Of a DNA stretch of 64,000 nt, positions 13,713-27,379 are shown piece by piece. Made by a program: the position numbers and the translations under genes. Under the pieces are notes generated by a model, which made no database searches, was not told the DNA's origin, and saw only the letters and a program-made list of their open reading frames with translations. Source of the DNA: Zygnema circumcarinatum SAG 698-1b (Eukaryota; Plantae; Zygnematophyceae); NCBI GenBank assembly GCA_037447605.1, contig CM074817.1, forward strand, positions 558,001 through 622,000, given 5' to 3'. The number at the start of each line of letters is the position of its first letter. The stretch's first letter is position 1.

Positions 13713-14519
13713 GGCAGCGGGACTAGCGCGAAGGGCTGAGGATGCAGGGACGGGTGCAGCGCAAGAGCAAGAGCAAGGGGCAGCGGCGGCTGCAGCAGCA
13801 GCAGCAGCAGCAGGCGCAGGCGCAGGGGCGTGTGCGGGGATCGGGAAGTGGAGGCGCGGGAATGGGGAGGGGGTCGCGGGAGGGGGAGGGGGGAGGGTGG
13901 AGTCCCGCCCGTCTGATGGGGCGGCGCGGCGCTCCCATTGGTGGGGGCGATACCTTATCCGCGTGGACGCGCACTCCCGCCCGCCCGGGGAGGGAGGTGG
14001 ACTCCCACGCGCGTCCTGTACGGACTGTACGGCACTCAACACAAGGGAAGTCAGCAGGCAGTGGCCAGCCAGCGATGATGGCATGATGATGGTATGGCTA
14101 GTTGCTGGACTGCCCGTGAATGGCTCGTGACCAACCGTTGGCAAGGCGCGTCGAAGCCGCACCCTGCCTGCCCTGCGGCGCAGAGGCGGGTGGCCGGGCC
14201 AACTCCGACTTGCTTGCCTCGAGTTCAGGCTTGGCTTCGGCTTCGGCCTCGGCCTCGGCCTCGGCGTCTGCCGCACTGCAGTGCACCTCTCGCTCGTGCA
14301 CGGTGGTGTGTCTCCCGCAATACCAGGTGCTGCTACGCTGCCTAGCCCTGCACGGCTACCATGTGCAGTGCAACTAAGTACAGTGTATAATACAGTACTT
14401 GGGCCGTACATGTATTTGTGTGCTTGCCTCGAGCACTCCTTCCTCGTGTCATACGACTTTTTCTTGTCTTTTTCAAACTACCGTATATACCACATAGCAT
14501 GCAAAAGTTCTGGTATTGA

Positions 14520-16760
14520 TCTCACGATGGCGATACCATCAACATGTACACGGACAAAATAAACGTAGAGAACCACAAGGAACTGGTCACAAAGGACCTA
14601 AAGACCAAAGAAAAAAGCTAGCCACCGCAACAATTGAGTTGTGCACAACATTATGAGCCAAAATCCATTTGCCACTGTGCACGCATCAAAGGAAATGGAC
14701 GCCCTGCACATCGATCAAATCACCACAAACACAACAAGAAAAACCTTGCAATGGGGGGTGGGGGAGCTTAAAGACGAATTCACGCTACAAGCTAAAACTA
14801 ACCCAATGTCAAATAAAGGGTAGAAAATATCGGGGTAACAGTCAACCAAGCAACGGCTCCAAAAGCAAAGTCGCAATCAGGGTAGAAAACTCAGCAGCAA
14901 CAATCTCCTCAGTCAAAGTGGGTTGGACACGCGGGACAGACTCAAAGCAAGTAGGGGCGCACGAGCCTGGCACTAATAGTAAGCAAACTATGGGCATCAC
15001 GCAATGCAACCTGGAACAAAAGAGCACCATCATCAACATGAGCAACAACAAACTAAAGCAACAAATAATCAACCACAAAAAAACGCGAAGCTAAAACACG
15101 AGCAACAAGAACCCAACTACCCAAAAACGCAGTAAGCGTCACACGAACAGTCAAGATGAATCCCAAACCGCCAAAATAGGGATCAAAGTTTGCGCCAAAA
15201 TAAGGATCAAAGCTTGCGTACACGGCAACGAATAATCGCCCGAGCAAAAGCGGCACGATCCGGGACAAACTAGTCGACGGGCTCAAAAGTGTCGATGAAA
15301 GAAGGGAGGTCCGCAAAGGCATCAGGAAGAAGAGTCCGAAGGCGATCCAAAGTGTCGATGAGTGTCGATGGTGGCCGGGGCAAGCGTAAAGGGACGAAGA
15401 ACGCAAGCGACGCAAGACAATGCCCACATCGCCCCAACTGAACCGACGATGTCGAAAGAAGGCATCAGAAAGGGAGGGCGGGCAACTGGTGCCTCACACA
15501 CGAATGCGATCGCATGCTCAGCCTGCGAAAGCTCTCAATCCCCACCCAAAAAAACGAAAACACCGCCTACAGGTCTCGCGAACGGCACTGGCCTTACCAC
15601 GAGGACGCAAGACGAAACCCAAAGGGGAAAAAGAAGGACGACATGCCATGCAACAACATCTGATGGATTACACGCAAAGCGAGCAAGAGGCAAACGCAAA
15701 GCATCACGAACACACACGCAAAGCCCGTAGGATACGAGCGTAACGACGAGGACGACGGGACCAAACCAAAAACGACCAAAGGACATTTAAAGACCGAGCA
15801 TACGCCCAAGCGACCGGGCTATGCCCAACATGCAAAGCAAACCTGGGGGTGACAGTGATGGGGATAGAAGAAGAGGGAGTGGAAGAGGGTCAACAAAAGG
15901 AGTAGGACGAAGAAGACACGCACACATATGCCGGAACAAGCCCGCACCCTGACCAAAACATTTGCCGCAGTGATCACAAGGAACCCGGAAGGGAGGCCTG
16001 CGGGGGGGAGCAGCAAGAGGGGAAGGAGGAAGAGAGAAGAACGGAGACGAGGTGCAGGAGCAACATCAGACGACAAAGAAGGAAGGGGAAGGGGAACAAA
16101 AGGAGCGACGAGGAGGCATGAGGAAGGAGAAGGGAAGGGATAAGGGAAGGTAGGGGAGGGGGAGGGGGAGGGGGAGGGGGAGGGGGAGGGGGAGGGGGAG
16201 GGGGGAGGGGGAGGGGGAGGGGGAGGGGGGAGGGGGAGGGGGAGGGGGAGGGGGAGGGGGAGGGGGAGGGGGGAGGGAGGAGTGAGGAGGGGGGAGGGGG
16301 AGGGGGGAGGGAAGGAAGGGAAAGGAAGGGAAAGGAAGGGAAAGGAAGGGAAGGGATCAGGGAAGGGAAGGGAAGGGAAAAGGAAATGGAAGGGAAGGGA
16401 GAAAACAGCAAAAAATAGGGTAGAAAAGGCAGAAATGGCTGAATCAACGCAAATTGACAAAACATAAGAATAACAAGGACTGAAACACACAAAGATGAGA
16501 CAAAAGGAACAGCGTAACACAACAAGACAAGTTACAGTACAAAACGCCAGAAAAAAGAGCAAAAAATGGCAGAAAAAAAAACCCCGCAAAAAAACAGCAA
16601 CAAAACAAAACAAAACAAAAAACAAAGGCACACAGACAAGAACGACAGAGCAATGCAGCGGGACACGCCACAGGAAAACGAAAGAGCAACGAGAGGCTGC
16701 CACGTGGCCAAAGCAGAGGCGACGGCAGCAGTCGCAACGGTCGGAAGCGCCGCGGGTGCT
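14520..16760. repeat. Strongly strand-asymmetric A-rich, T-poor segment with an internal (GGGGGA)n/(GGGAA)n block; possible transposon-derived element
   Basis: Sharp compositional change. Contains a 24-bp tandem duplicate (cgccaaaatagggatcaaagtttg, ~15170-15215), (AAAAC)n at ~16600 and a polypurine run at 16120-16400. No recognisable protein. Confidence 0.5.
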
Positions 16761-17354
16761 CATTGCGCATTCCTTCGTCTTCTCATTGCGAATACTTTAC
16801 CTCAGTCTTAGTAAATGCCTTGTCTTGCAATCGCCAAAATTTGCGCATGCACTCGCGGTAATTAGTCGCGAGCCGGCCTCAGCTTGCGTAATCTGCAGAT
16901 GGGATGCGCCCTTGTGGTGCTCGAACAGCTACAGGAAAGGAGGCTGCGTTTCATAAGGAGGCTGCGTTTCTTTCGTTTTCTTCTGCGCTCGCTCGTTGTT
17001 TCTGATGCGCGTGATGACACGCGCCTAGGAGCTGCACGCAGCACCCAGCCAAACGCGATATGAAGTCACAGGCAGTGCAGCAGAACTGCAAGCAGACGCC
17101 GCCTGGTTGGAATCGCCACGTCTTAGTAAGTAAGACGTGTTGTTTAGCTCATTGCTGAAGCAGTAGAAAGTCTGTGCAACCCTTAAGACTGACAAGTGAA
17201 GATATAAGTTTCATACTGCTCTCTCTTTATTGAGAATCTATACGACTTTTCCTTTCTAAAGGACCTGTTTATGATTCAAATGCATTTCGTTCAAAGGGAA
17301 GCAAACCGACGGAATGCTTTCGTCTTTTAGCAGGATTCTCTCGTGGACCCTGGG

Positions 17355-20300
17355 ATGGACCTCAATGCAGCACCCGAGGAAGGTACCTCTCGCAGCTATA
17401 CGTCCTTCATTTCAATCCCGTGAGAATTAGGCTGGCTTTGAGATTACGGAAGCTCCACTCGTGCCTAGCAAGTATAGTGGTTTATCTAACGACTCACGAT
17501 TCCACGGCCTGTAAAACAATTTCAACGAGTCGGAAATTGGCTTTGGATGAAGAATAAAGTGTTCCTTTTCTGTTATTTCGTCAAATATGACGTGCGCAAG
17601 TGTTCCAAAGCAAAGAATGTAGGTTTTCCGCTTCTCAATCAACGCCTGCCACGGTCAACTATGTGTACACTGTAGAATTGCTAGGCTCTTTTACTTTCTT
17701 GTGTGTGCCTCGGAACAGAGTTGAGCGCACGTTTGTTGACTATCTTTTCCTTACGTCGTAGGATGACACTGGTATTAAGCAATGTGTAGCAACCTTCAGT
17801 TCCATGAGTCATTTATCGATCGCCTTCACCGCAATTCAGTAGAACAAAATCATTCATTGCTTCTTTCCAGTACACCGAACGATGTAATCCACGGTTTGGT
17901 CAAACCCGGCCCTAGACTTCCATAAGACCCTCCTGTGGCTTTTGAATTTAGAAGCGAACGGTGGTGGTACATCATACCAGTCGAAATTCTGAATATCCTT
18001 AATGGTCGGAAATCTAAAGATTGTAAAGCTCAGAACATTATTCGTGCCCGTGATATCCAGACATAGATCAAAGCTGAATTGACTTATGGAAGTGGGACTT
18101 GCCTCCGTTTGTCACAGTTTCTGCCTGGTGACCGTGCTATAATCAGATCAAGCCTCAACCTGGAGATGCAAGGCAACTCTCTGTGTGGACGGTGGTTGAA
18201 CATTTTAAGCAGCTCTTCCTGTCACCTTGGGTCCTGTCTTCAGTCTTTTTTGGACAAATTTTGCAAACTTGGTGTGTCGGCTTTTGAGGTTGATGGAAGG
18301 TTACAGAAGAGAAGCACATCTATATCTGTGCAGGTTGTGTGAATGGCCCGGTTTGGAGGGGTGCTCTTATCAATTACGACGACCGGTATATTTGCCGCGT
18401 CGAGTCGTGCGATACTCTCATACAGTTGTAAGTTCCAGCGTACCATAGAACATTCTTGCCATTAGTTGAATATGGGGATGTGAACTGCTATTGAGCCAGT
18501 TTGAGTAGCATGCGTAGGAACCATGATCTTCATTAATATTATGGTGACTTGTGGTTGTTTCTCGTGGTTCAGCTTCTCGCCACATCGTTTCAAATAGAGA
18601 GAATTCTTGCATTATTTTTCAGCAATTGTAAACTTTCCATCTCTTTCTCCCTCCATCCCTGTCTCCCTCCCTCCCTCTCTCCCGCCCCCATCTTGCAAAG
18701 AGCAAGTCAATAGCGCAATAGCGCTTTTTAGGCCAGTTGATCCTGCTATCCTTTGGTCCCAAACGAAGTGCCGCGCATTCCCTCCCTCCCTCCCTCCCTC
18801 TCACTATCACTCACTTCCTTCCCTCCCTCCCACCCTCCCTCCCACCCTGTTTGTGCGTTTGCGTGTATGTAGTGCATTAGTCACACATGCTGTGTGTATG
18901 TCTTCTTTTCCAATTTCTTACGTTTCCTTCCGCTACTTCCCCTACATTTTTTTCCTGCTTTTGTATTATTTCCCTGTCGTGATGACAAATATGATCTTAA
19001 ATTCAATCTGAGTAGTTATGTTCGATTTGCTTCTGCCTTCAGGCCTCACGAGGTTATTGTAGACTCACGTTTTCCAAATCCTCGGGAGTTTGTGGATCTG
19101 ACAAGTCGCGAAAGTTTCACCATGACAGTTCAAGCTGTACATGTTGACCAGACACGAGAGTGGACAAGGTTGCTTCACACTATTTGGAAAAGCTTTCGGG
19201 TAGGCTTTCCTTTACCAACACAGGAAACGTAGTTTGGCTCAGCAAGCACGACGGATCTCTCCAGCTGAAACCTTAACTGGCATACTGCTGTTTCAATGTG
19301 CAGAATTTCTTACTTCGCTCTTGATGGCACTGGTCCTCTGTTTCTTTTTTAGGGACGTTTATAAACAACGGTTCCGGTGTCGGCCAGTCTGGCTTTTGCC
19401 TTCTTCTGAGCATGAGGATGATTTGCTTCCACGGTTACATCAGAATGCTTAGTGAAGCCCTTCTCTCTCGTATCAAGGGATGTCGTGGTTTTACGCCCAC
19501 GATAGACATAAACATAGACATAGACTTTGACATGGTTTTTTTAATTACGAGGTGATGTTTGGTCCTTTTGAAAGATTGAAACCTCGGAACATTTGACATG
19601 TGAGACTTTTGCAGAGTCTCCTTCAAGTGCAGTCCGAGAAAGTTTGATAACTTTTGTCGATTTCTTCTCCTATGACAGGTTGCTGTCCTCCGTACTGATG
19701 ATTATGAAATGGTGCTCTATCCGCCGAGCAGCGAACCTCGAACGGAGCAGCTTGAGCCGGTGACCGTGTACTACGGCAGACTCCCCGCGGGCCTTCCCCG
19801 CAAGCCCGCGAGCGCGCCCTCGCCCACCGCCCACGCGATGCGGCCTCAGCCGGGCATTCATCCGCGGTACTTAGATTCTGTGGCGCACACACATTCCGGA
19901 TGGGTTTTTGGCGGAGTTGCGGAGCTTATCGACAATGCCAGAGATGCTAATGCCTCAAGGTAAAACGATGAGCCTTGATGAAGAGCTAAGTGTGTGGAAA
20001 CAATTCACGCTTTTCCAGTTGTGAGGGGTTTGAATGTTTTTATGCAAATTTCTTTAGCGAGCAGGAGTCCTTCACATCTCTGATCCTCTCACACACGATG
20101 TTTTCCGGTGGGTGTTTCAATAATTGGACACGTACGGTAGTTTTGAGCCTGCTTAATCTCTGCTTTCTCACCCACGACTTCTCCATGGAAGCTGAACCCT
20201 TTAGTGAAGATCCTTGGCGCTTTCTTTCGTCGCATGTCATTTTTAAAAGATTGCGAGTCTTTGTTGCCATCGTATCACCAAGGCGTTACGTGCTCGATTG

Positions 20301-23300
20301 GAAGAAAGTGAAGTCTTCTTGTTTACATGAGTAGCACTTTTCTCAGAGCTCATACCTCTTCACATTCACATGCACTACGCCTGCTTGTTTGGTGAACTAG
20401 TTCGCCACAGTTGTTGACACTTTTTTTCTATGTGAGACAGCTTGCAATCCAGCTTATATGGTCGAACTCTTGTTATTTATTTCCTGCTTCACTCGAAAGT
20501 GTGAAATGATGTTCTCTTTCGTTGACGGGACTAGAAAGCTTATTGAGGCCGTCGTCAACCAAATGACAGCCTTGGCCTTACGTATGACATTTTATACCAT
20601 CAACACTGCTGGGATACACAATCGTGGCAATTCTCTAGTTGATAGTGATGCCTTGAGCGACTGTTTGAATGTTCTTGTCGCACACGTACATGGTTAACAG
20701 GTCGAACAGGGGCGAGGAAAAGGAAGGCAAAACAACGGCGAGCGGAGAATGGAGATGTGAAAGAGGCCGATTGGTAGGGGACTAGGAGGGACGAGCAGTG
20801 GAGCTCAGAGTGGGGATGGGAGAAAGGAGAGGGGGGGGGGGCGCTACTGCCATGTATCATGGGCCGTGACCCATGTCATGCGATGTGTGGGTGTGCAGGT
20901 TGGAAATTTTCATGGATGAAGGACAGCTGCCTGGGAAAGTTGAGCCTCTGCCCATGCTCTGTATAGCCGACAACGGCGTCGGGATGACGCATGAACAAAT
21001 GGTTCGCATGTTATCGTTCGGCCACAAACCTCCGGATCAGGAAGATAAAGACCAGATAGGGCGTTTTGGAGTAGGCTTCAAGGTATTCTTTGTCCTCCTT
21101 TATTAGTTACCTCTCTGGGTTTGTCAACAGCTTAGTAAGGTGGCCACTTTCACTGGGCCATAACCTATTAACTTCAAACCGTGATGAGCTGAATATTGTG
21201 AAGTGATTGCAGACAGGTTCAATGCGAGTGGGAAGAGATGTCCTAGTCATGAGTCAAGCTGAGAAAGATGGCGTGCTCACGCGGAGCATTGGTTTCCTCT
21301 CCCAATCGTACAATGCAGAACGAGAGGTATTGCAGCCAACTTGATGGTTGGTAGTTCGGAGCTGGCTGGAGAAGTGGAAAGCCACTCAAAGGACAGAGAA
21401 CACCCTCATTGTGATATTCTAGTCCCTATTGTGTCCTCTGTCCAAGTGGGTTTTTTTTCCCTAAAATGTTTTTGACTAGCGTGGTTTGTAGACATTGTCA
21501 ATAGAAATTTTTTCATACGCGGCCGTCACTGTGAAGAGATGTTTTTGTGAAGCATCGCAGTAGTTATGTATCAAATCCGTGACGAGGGGTTTTGGCTTCT
21601 GTGACGAGTCCGTGGCAGGTATTGGATGCCCCCATTGTCACGTACCGCATGAAGCGGGGGGGGGGCATGGAGGTGGACGAGAGCAGAATGACGAAGGTGC
21701 AGGCGGAGCAGTGCATGGATGCCATAGCAACGCTTTCACCGTTTGATCCGTTTCGTCTTGGGGCAGAATTCAGCAAAATGTACGTTCTGCAAAACAAGCT
21801 TCTAATTTTATTTTGATTCAATGATAGTGCTGCTGAGTGTTAAGAGGAGGGAAGGTCTTGACCAACGTTCGAAAGTATTTGTCAGGGACCGTCTGTTGAA
21901 CTTCTTTTCCTCACGGCGCAGAGATGAAGGGGAGAAAGACAATGAGGGAAATGGCGGGAAGACTGGCACACGCATCTTCATTTTCAATTTGAGAAAGGAC
22001 GCTGGGATTTACGAGCTGGATTGGGAGAGTTGCAATCATGATATCATGATTCGGTCAAAGCGTCATCGCTCCCGTCCTGGCCAGATCGCCACTGATGTAA
22101 GCGGTGACATGCCCTGAGGAGCAATTTGTGGTAGGGGCTCAAAGTGATAGGAGAAACTGAAGATATACAGGGGATTGCTTCCGGTATCATTCGTCAATTA
22201 ATCGTTTGTTGAAGAGTGCGCCTGCTTTTGACAACAAACGACATTCATAACAGTAGGAAATTCCGAGTTCCTAAACATCGTTATCGTCGTTCGCTTAATT
22301 GACGTGCTTTATCTGCACCTTCTGTATCTGATTGGATTAAAATGTGTAGTGGGACAAGAAGTAAGATTGTCACAGTAAACAAATAAGCATGCTCATCTAA
22401 TTTTTTCTTTTGGGTCTTGAAATGCATGTGATTCAGGTTCCGCTTGATTACTCTCTAACGGAATATCTGAAAGTGATGTTTTTAGGAAGCGTTCCCCGAA
22501 TGCTCATTTTTCTTCAGCACAAGCTGGTGAGCGCACAGCGCAGTTCAAGGTCCCGTCTGCGGTCCAGTTCAGGTCACTGTTTCACTTTGCTTCAGTCCGC
22601 CTGATAACAATGTGCGATCACTTGTTGCTTGGGAAAAGCTACACACACATCGTCGCCTCTTTCCTATTGAACTTGCGTGGGGAGCATCTTTTTAATGCAC
22701 GTGCTATGTCGTAACTTGTACCGTATTGGAGTAATTATATTTCTCGTTATCCTACGCATTGAACAGCTGCGTTCTGTGTCTCGCCAACCTCGGCGCTGAA
22801 CCATGTAGATATACAGTAGGGGAAGCGTGGGTCGTTTCTCGCCGATGTGAGAACAAGTCCATAGCATGGAGGAGAAGTGAATGATAATTCCGATGAACCT
22901 TGATATGATGATGGCCACACCGTAGCTTTACATGTGAGCCGCATCTGCAGGTCATTGCAGAAAAGCTCGCGTGCGCCTTGCTAAATCCGGAAACTGTGAA
23001 GGGGAATATTGGAGGCAAGCCGTTGGAGGTTACTCTCGGAATGATGCCGAAAGAGAAGGAGAGAGGCTGTTGTGGGTTTTTTCTCTATTGGCACGGCCGC
23101 CTTATTGAGGTACCTTATGGGTCTCATGCGACTGCATGCACTCTCTGCAAGAATGGAAAGCATGTTGTGCTCGTGCGCTGCCAAGGAACCGAAGACTACA
23201 ACATGACCGCAATGTGTATCTCTCATCAGTTCCATATTTTTTTTTTTTCTTTCCATAAAGATATAAACTGCTATGCAAAAAAAAAAAAAATTTGGTGGCC

Positions 23301-26300
23301 ACTGAAGGCTGCTAGGGAAGCTACTCACATCTTTCCTCTGGCTATGGCGTCAGGCCTACAAGCGCGTTGGCAGAATGGAGTACGACAAAGACATCGGTCT
23401 CGGGGTCATCGGAGTCATCGATGTCTCCCCACTCATGGTGCATCCACAATTCCATGCTCATCCCCAGTTTTTCTTTTCCCCCTTTTTTTTTGTAGTTGCA
23501 TTTTATCTGAGGGTATTCTTGCGATGTATTCCGCCTCTCCTTACCTGCGTTGGACCCCCCTCACATCTTGTGATCTTAAACCTTTCCCTTCCTTTCAAGT
23601 CTTACGTCAAAGGTTGACTTCGCCTCTTGGCAACTTAACTTCAAATGCGCCCTCTACACCCTTTCATGTACGGTTTTGAAACGGAGCTTGTTAGAAATGC
23701 AGTGCGGTGAGCTCTGCGGGTGGAAGTCTGACCGCGGCTTGTGCACATGCACTGCAGGAAGCCGATGAGAGCGGGCAAGTGGGCGTGCTGAATTCCAAGC
23801 AGGGCTTTGATGACACGGAATCATATGCCCAGCTTCTCAAATGGTTGGCCGATACTTTCAATAAGTATTGGGATACGCATTATGATACCTTCCGTAATGA
23901 ATTGGTAGGTCTGGCTGGAAGAAGATGGCTGAAACATTCCCAGACCCTCAATAGCTCCATTCGATCAAATGGAATGCGAATTGGATATCATTTTGAGTGC
24001 TTTGAATTTACAGAGTAGTCACACAAGGCCTAAGTTGTCAACTCGTCCCCCTGCCAAAATCCCCTATGAGAAAGTAAACCTCTGCCTGGCTGTTTCGCTT
24101 CGTGATCAATCGCCCCTTTCTACCATAATGCCATTATCGCAGGCACTTGTCGTTCTCAGTATGTACTGTCAATGTGAATATCGCAGTCTGCAAGCATGAA
24201 CCCCGCTAACTTCTCATATTTGCCCCGCAGGTTTGCATTGGGTGCATCGCTAGCGACGTGTTGTCACAGTTTCAACTGCACATTTTTTTTATTGGACACC
24301 TGGAACTGTGACGTTCTATGCAATTGTAGAGATGTATTAGCTGATTCACTTGCGATGTTACCTTGCTTCGTTGCTCCGGCCTCGTCCTGTGGAGTCCAAG
24401 TTGTTCCTTTATGTGTCCGGTTGCACGTTTGGTCGGTCATTTTGCTATGCTCCACCAGAATTTGTGACAAGCAATTGAGCATTGAGTGTTACCTTCTTGC
24501 TTTGTTCTGCACGTTATATTCACTTTGTGCCACCCAAACCTATAGGCGCGCCTGAAGAATGGCAGGAATCTTGCAGATGACACCTCTGAAGGAACCGACG
24601 ACGCGACTGTGGGGGGGTTTCCTTGTTTCCCGTTCTGACGGACAGTTGTTACCTCCGCATGCAGAATGTAGGCGAGAATCTGAGCTCCAATGTGACGCTC
24701 GTAGTGGAGGGAGAGAGTGTCCAGTGCGACAGATGCAACAAGTGGAGGAAGCTTCCGGGAGGCTACGATCCGAGTCAGCTGCCCGATGTCTGGTGTGTGC
24801 CATACGTTCCAACTTCTTTTTTCGCTGATCCTTGGACACAGGCTGTAAAATGGCTACACCATAGTGCGCGTACGAGCAGAAGTGAACTCGCGTACATCTG
24901 ATTACATCCACTTCACTGAGGGCTGAAGTGTGCGTTGATAATTAGGGAACCCCCAACGTATTTTATAGAGCCATATTTAAGTCGAAGACTGGAGAGCTTC
25001 AATTGCATTATTCGTGGAAGTCCATGATTTGAGGTCGACTCATTCGTCGTACGGGTCCAAGTTGGAAGCCTCCGGAAGGCCTTCAGTAATCGATTCATAC
25101 ATCCATCTTGTCTCTCTATTTGACCTACAGATTGATGGATGCAAGCAAGAAAACTTCTTGCTCCCCTTCCTGAATCCTTTCTCAAGTTGAAATGCATTTG
25201 AGCAATCAGAAAAGGAATGGCTACAGGGAACACAGAAAAAGGGATAGGGGAGGGGTGAGGCCCGTTCCTGATAACGCACTCGTTGCAAGAATGCTCCCTT
25301 TAGGTGGTCGCTCAGCCGCTCCTTAAAACCTGCTCAGTGTACAGCTGGATTTGGTGAAGCCCATATGTCTGCTTGAGGAATGACTCCGAACCGGGCTTTG
25401 GGTTTCCTCGGGAGACTAGTCCCGTCATACTGGGGCTTGTATAAAACTTGGAGTCGAACAAATGGATGGAAACTGTGAATTTAGTGGGACGTTGTTATGC
25501 TCTTTACAGTAGTCCTATGTGGTTACTTGTGTGCATTTGACGTATGGCTAAACTGGCCTATTCTTACAACCACATCTTTTGCGATACTTCGTTCTGGAGC
25601 ATATGCAGGTTTTGCTTTATGGAACCGAAGTTCTGGAGTTGTGAGAAGCCTCAAGAAGAGTTTCCAGACGGATCGATCACCACAGCGATTGGGCGTGGAA
25701 AGGAGCGAATAGCTGTGTCCAGAGCAATCGTTCCAACAGAGAGGGCCACAGCAGGAAAGGAGCCGATTTCTGCGAGACAAGGGCGGAAAGGTACTATATT
25801 CTTGCTTTAGCCTAGACTTGGCTTTGAGTGGAGCGACGACCAGTTCGCAAGGCAGCAGCGGATGTTGTAGGGAAATGCCCCCGCCCTGCTGCTTCCATTG
25901 AATTTTGTCTTGGCATATCGTTCAGGACCAAATGGACACGCCTGGGTTGGGGTTCGGGTTCCCCTGGGTAATGGCAAACATCAACCGCTAATCTGATGAC
26001 TTTGTTTAACATGTCGCATTGAATGGTCCATATTGTTAACAGCACTTTTGCCCTCGAAAGCAAGGCACCACAATCTTTTGCTGACGACCTCCCTTTCCTG
26101 CATGGCAACTGTGTCTCACGCTCACTGCCGCTGCACTCCATGTCTTTGCATTTGTTCTTTCAGAACCTGCTGTCCCTTCGTCAAAGACTGCCGAAGCCCC
26201 TCCAGATGTACGGCCCGGGGTGAACCGCGCGACTCAAGATAGAGACCCCCGCCGCGACCGCAGCTTCAGCAGATCAGGGGGAGAGGGCCACCGGCCTTCC

Positions 26301-26330
26301 GCAAAGAGACCAAAGCAGGACGAATCATAG
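17355..26330 (+). CDS. MORC: CW-type MORC (microrchidia) GHKL ATPase with C-terminal zf-CW; start codon tentative
   Basis: HPRYLDSVAHTHSGWVFGGVAELIDNARDA (19679-19960); ADNGVGM...IGRFGVGFK (~20900-21082); TGSMRVGRD; GTRIFIFNL; VPLDYSLTEYL; CGFFLYWHGRLIE; GVIGVID; LNSKQGF. CW domain QCDRCNKWRKLP...WFCFMEPKFWSCEKPQE split by an intron (24667-24793 / ~25601). Last exon from 26164 ends TAG at 26328-26330. Upstream exons 17355-17382, 18701-18767 and 19043-19199 are phase-consistent but less certain. Confidence 0.88.
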
Positions 26331-27379
26331 TAATGGGCCGCATCAAGAGCACACTTCTTTCCTTCACTGATTTTGAAGACGGCAACAATCGAGGCTCTGC
26401 AGATGACAATCAACTAATAAAAAAGTGTAATTGTAGGAGTCGAGAAAGTGGAGAACCTCAAGGTGAGGGTCCAGTTCTATTTGGTACATAGCAGGCCGTT
26501 AGCAGGCTGGCGGTGGACGCTTTTCAATAAGGTGGTAATTTGCGAGGGTCCAAGCAAGCAGAGCGTTGGACTTTCTTCGCAGGCCTCATAGACTATACAA
26601 CGACCGCCTGAGATCGCTGCCCTGTCCTCATTGTACAGTTCATTAGCCATCCGCAGGAGCAGGTTAGCGACACTATCATTTTACAAATAGTTGTTAGCAG
26701 CACGGAGTTTAGAGCATGGAAATGGGGTTCATGTAAGGTGCTATGGTCTGAATGGCGTTATGCTTCTTCCAGTGGTTTCGGTAATAATTGTTACAAATTT
26801 GGTGAGCTGGTGTGGACTGCGGAGTCGTCTGCCCAACTCAGCAGCCGAAGCCGAAGCTGTAGTGGGTGCTCAAACAGACCGGCTGCTGGACACGGAAGTC
26901 TCTACTGGCCCTCCATGGTCTTCTATGAAATCGACTTGAAAAAAACTCCAACACAGCGCTGCGTTTGGCAGCAGGACGTTGGCGCGGATGCGCTACAGGG
27001 GAGTGTTGTGCTTGTAAAGGTGACGTCACCTTGCGCTTGCGCTTCCGCCCTCGTTGCAACGGACGGCACAACCACCACAAACGACCAGCGTGCTGCTCCC
27101 GGTGGTATTCAATAGAAACTTCAAATTCACAATAACATCGGCTCCAGCAAGAAGCTCCGGTTATAGACGCTACAAAAATGGGGCCTGGCCATCCTCACAT
27201 AAATACACCACCAAAGAGAAAGAGAGAAGCAAAGAGAATCTCTATCTCCCGCCCTCCCTCCCACCTCTCTTCCCCACTCTCTCACCCCCTCCCTCCCCTC
27301 CACCTCTCTCTCTATCTCTCTCTCTCTCTCCCTGTTTCTCTCTCGCTCGGGAACATTGGATGAGAGATTCACGTCCTCA

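Noticed and set aside
15819-16956. Poly-Pro and K/R-rich ORFs
   Set aside because: They derive from the (GGGGGA)n and A-rich repeat and have no domain content.
17850-18600. Possible degenerate transposon ORF in the MORC 5' intron
   Set aside because: Frames are interrupted by stops and I recognised no transposase or RT motif.
26691-27115. ORFs resembling a C-type lectin start (FGNNCYKF) or a TM tail
   Set aside because: The similarity is limited to a few residues, the remaining CTLD Cys pattern is absent, and the region lies between two convergent 3' ends.
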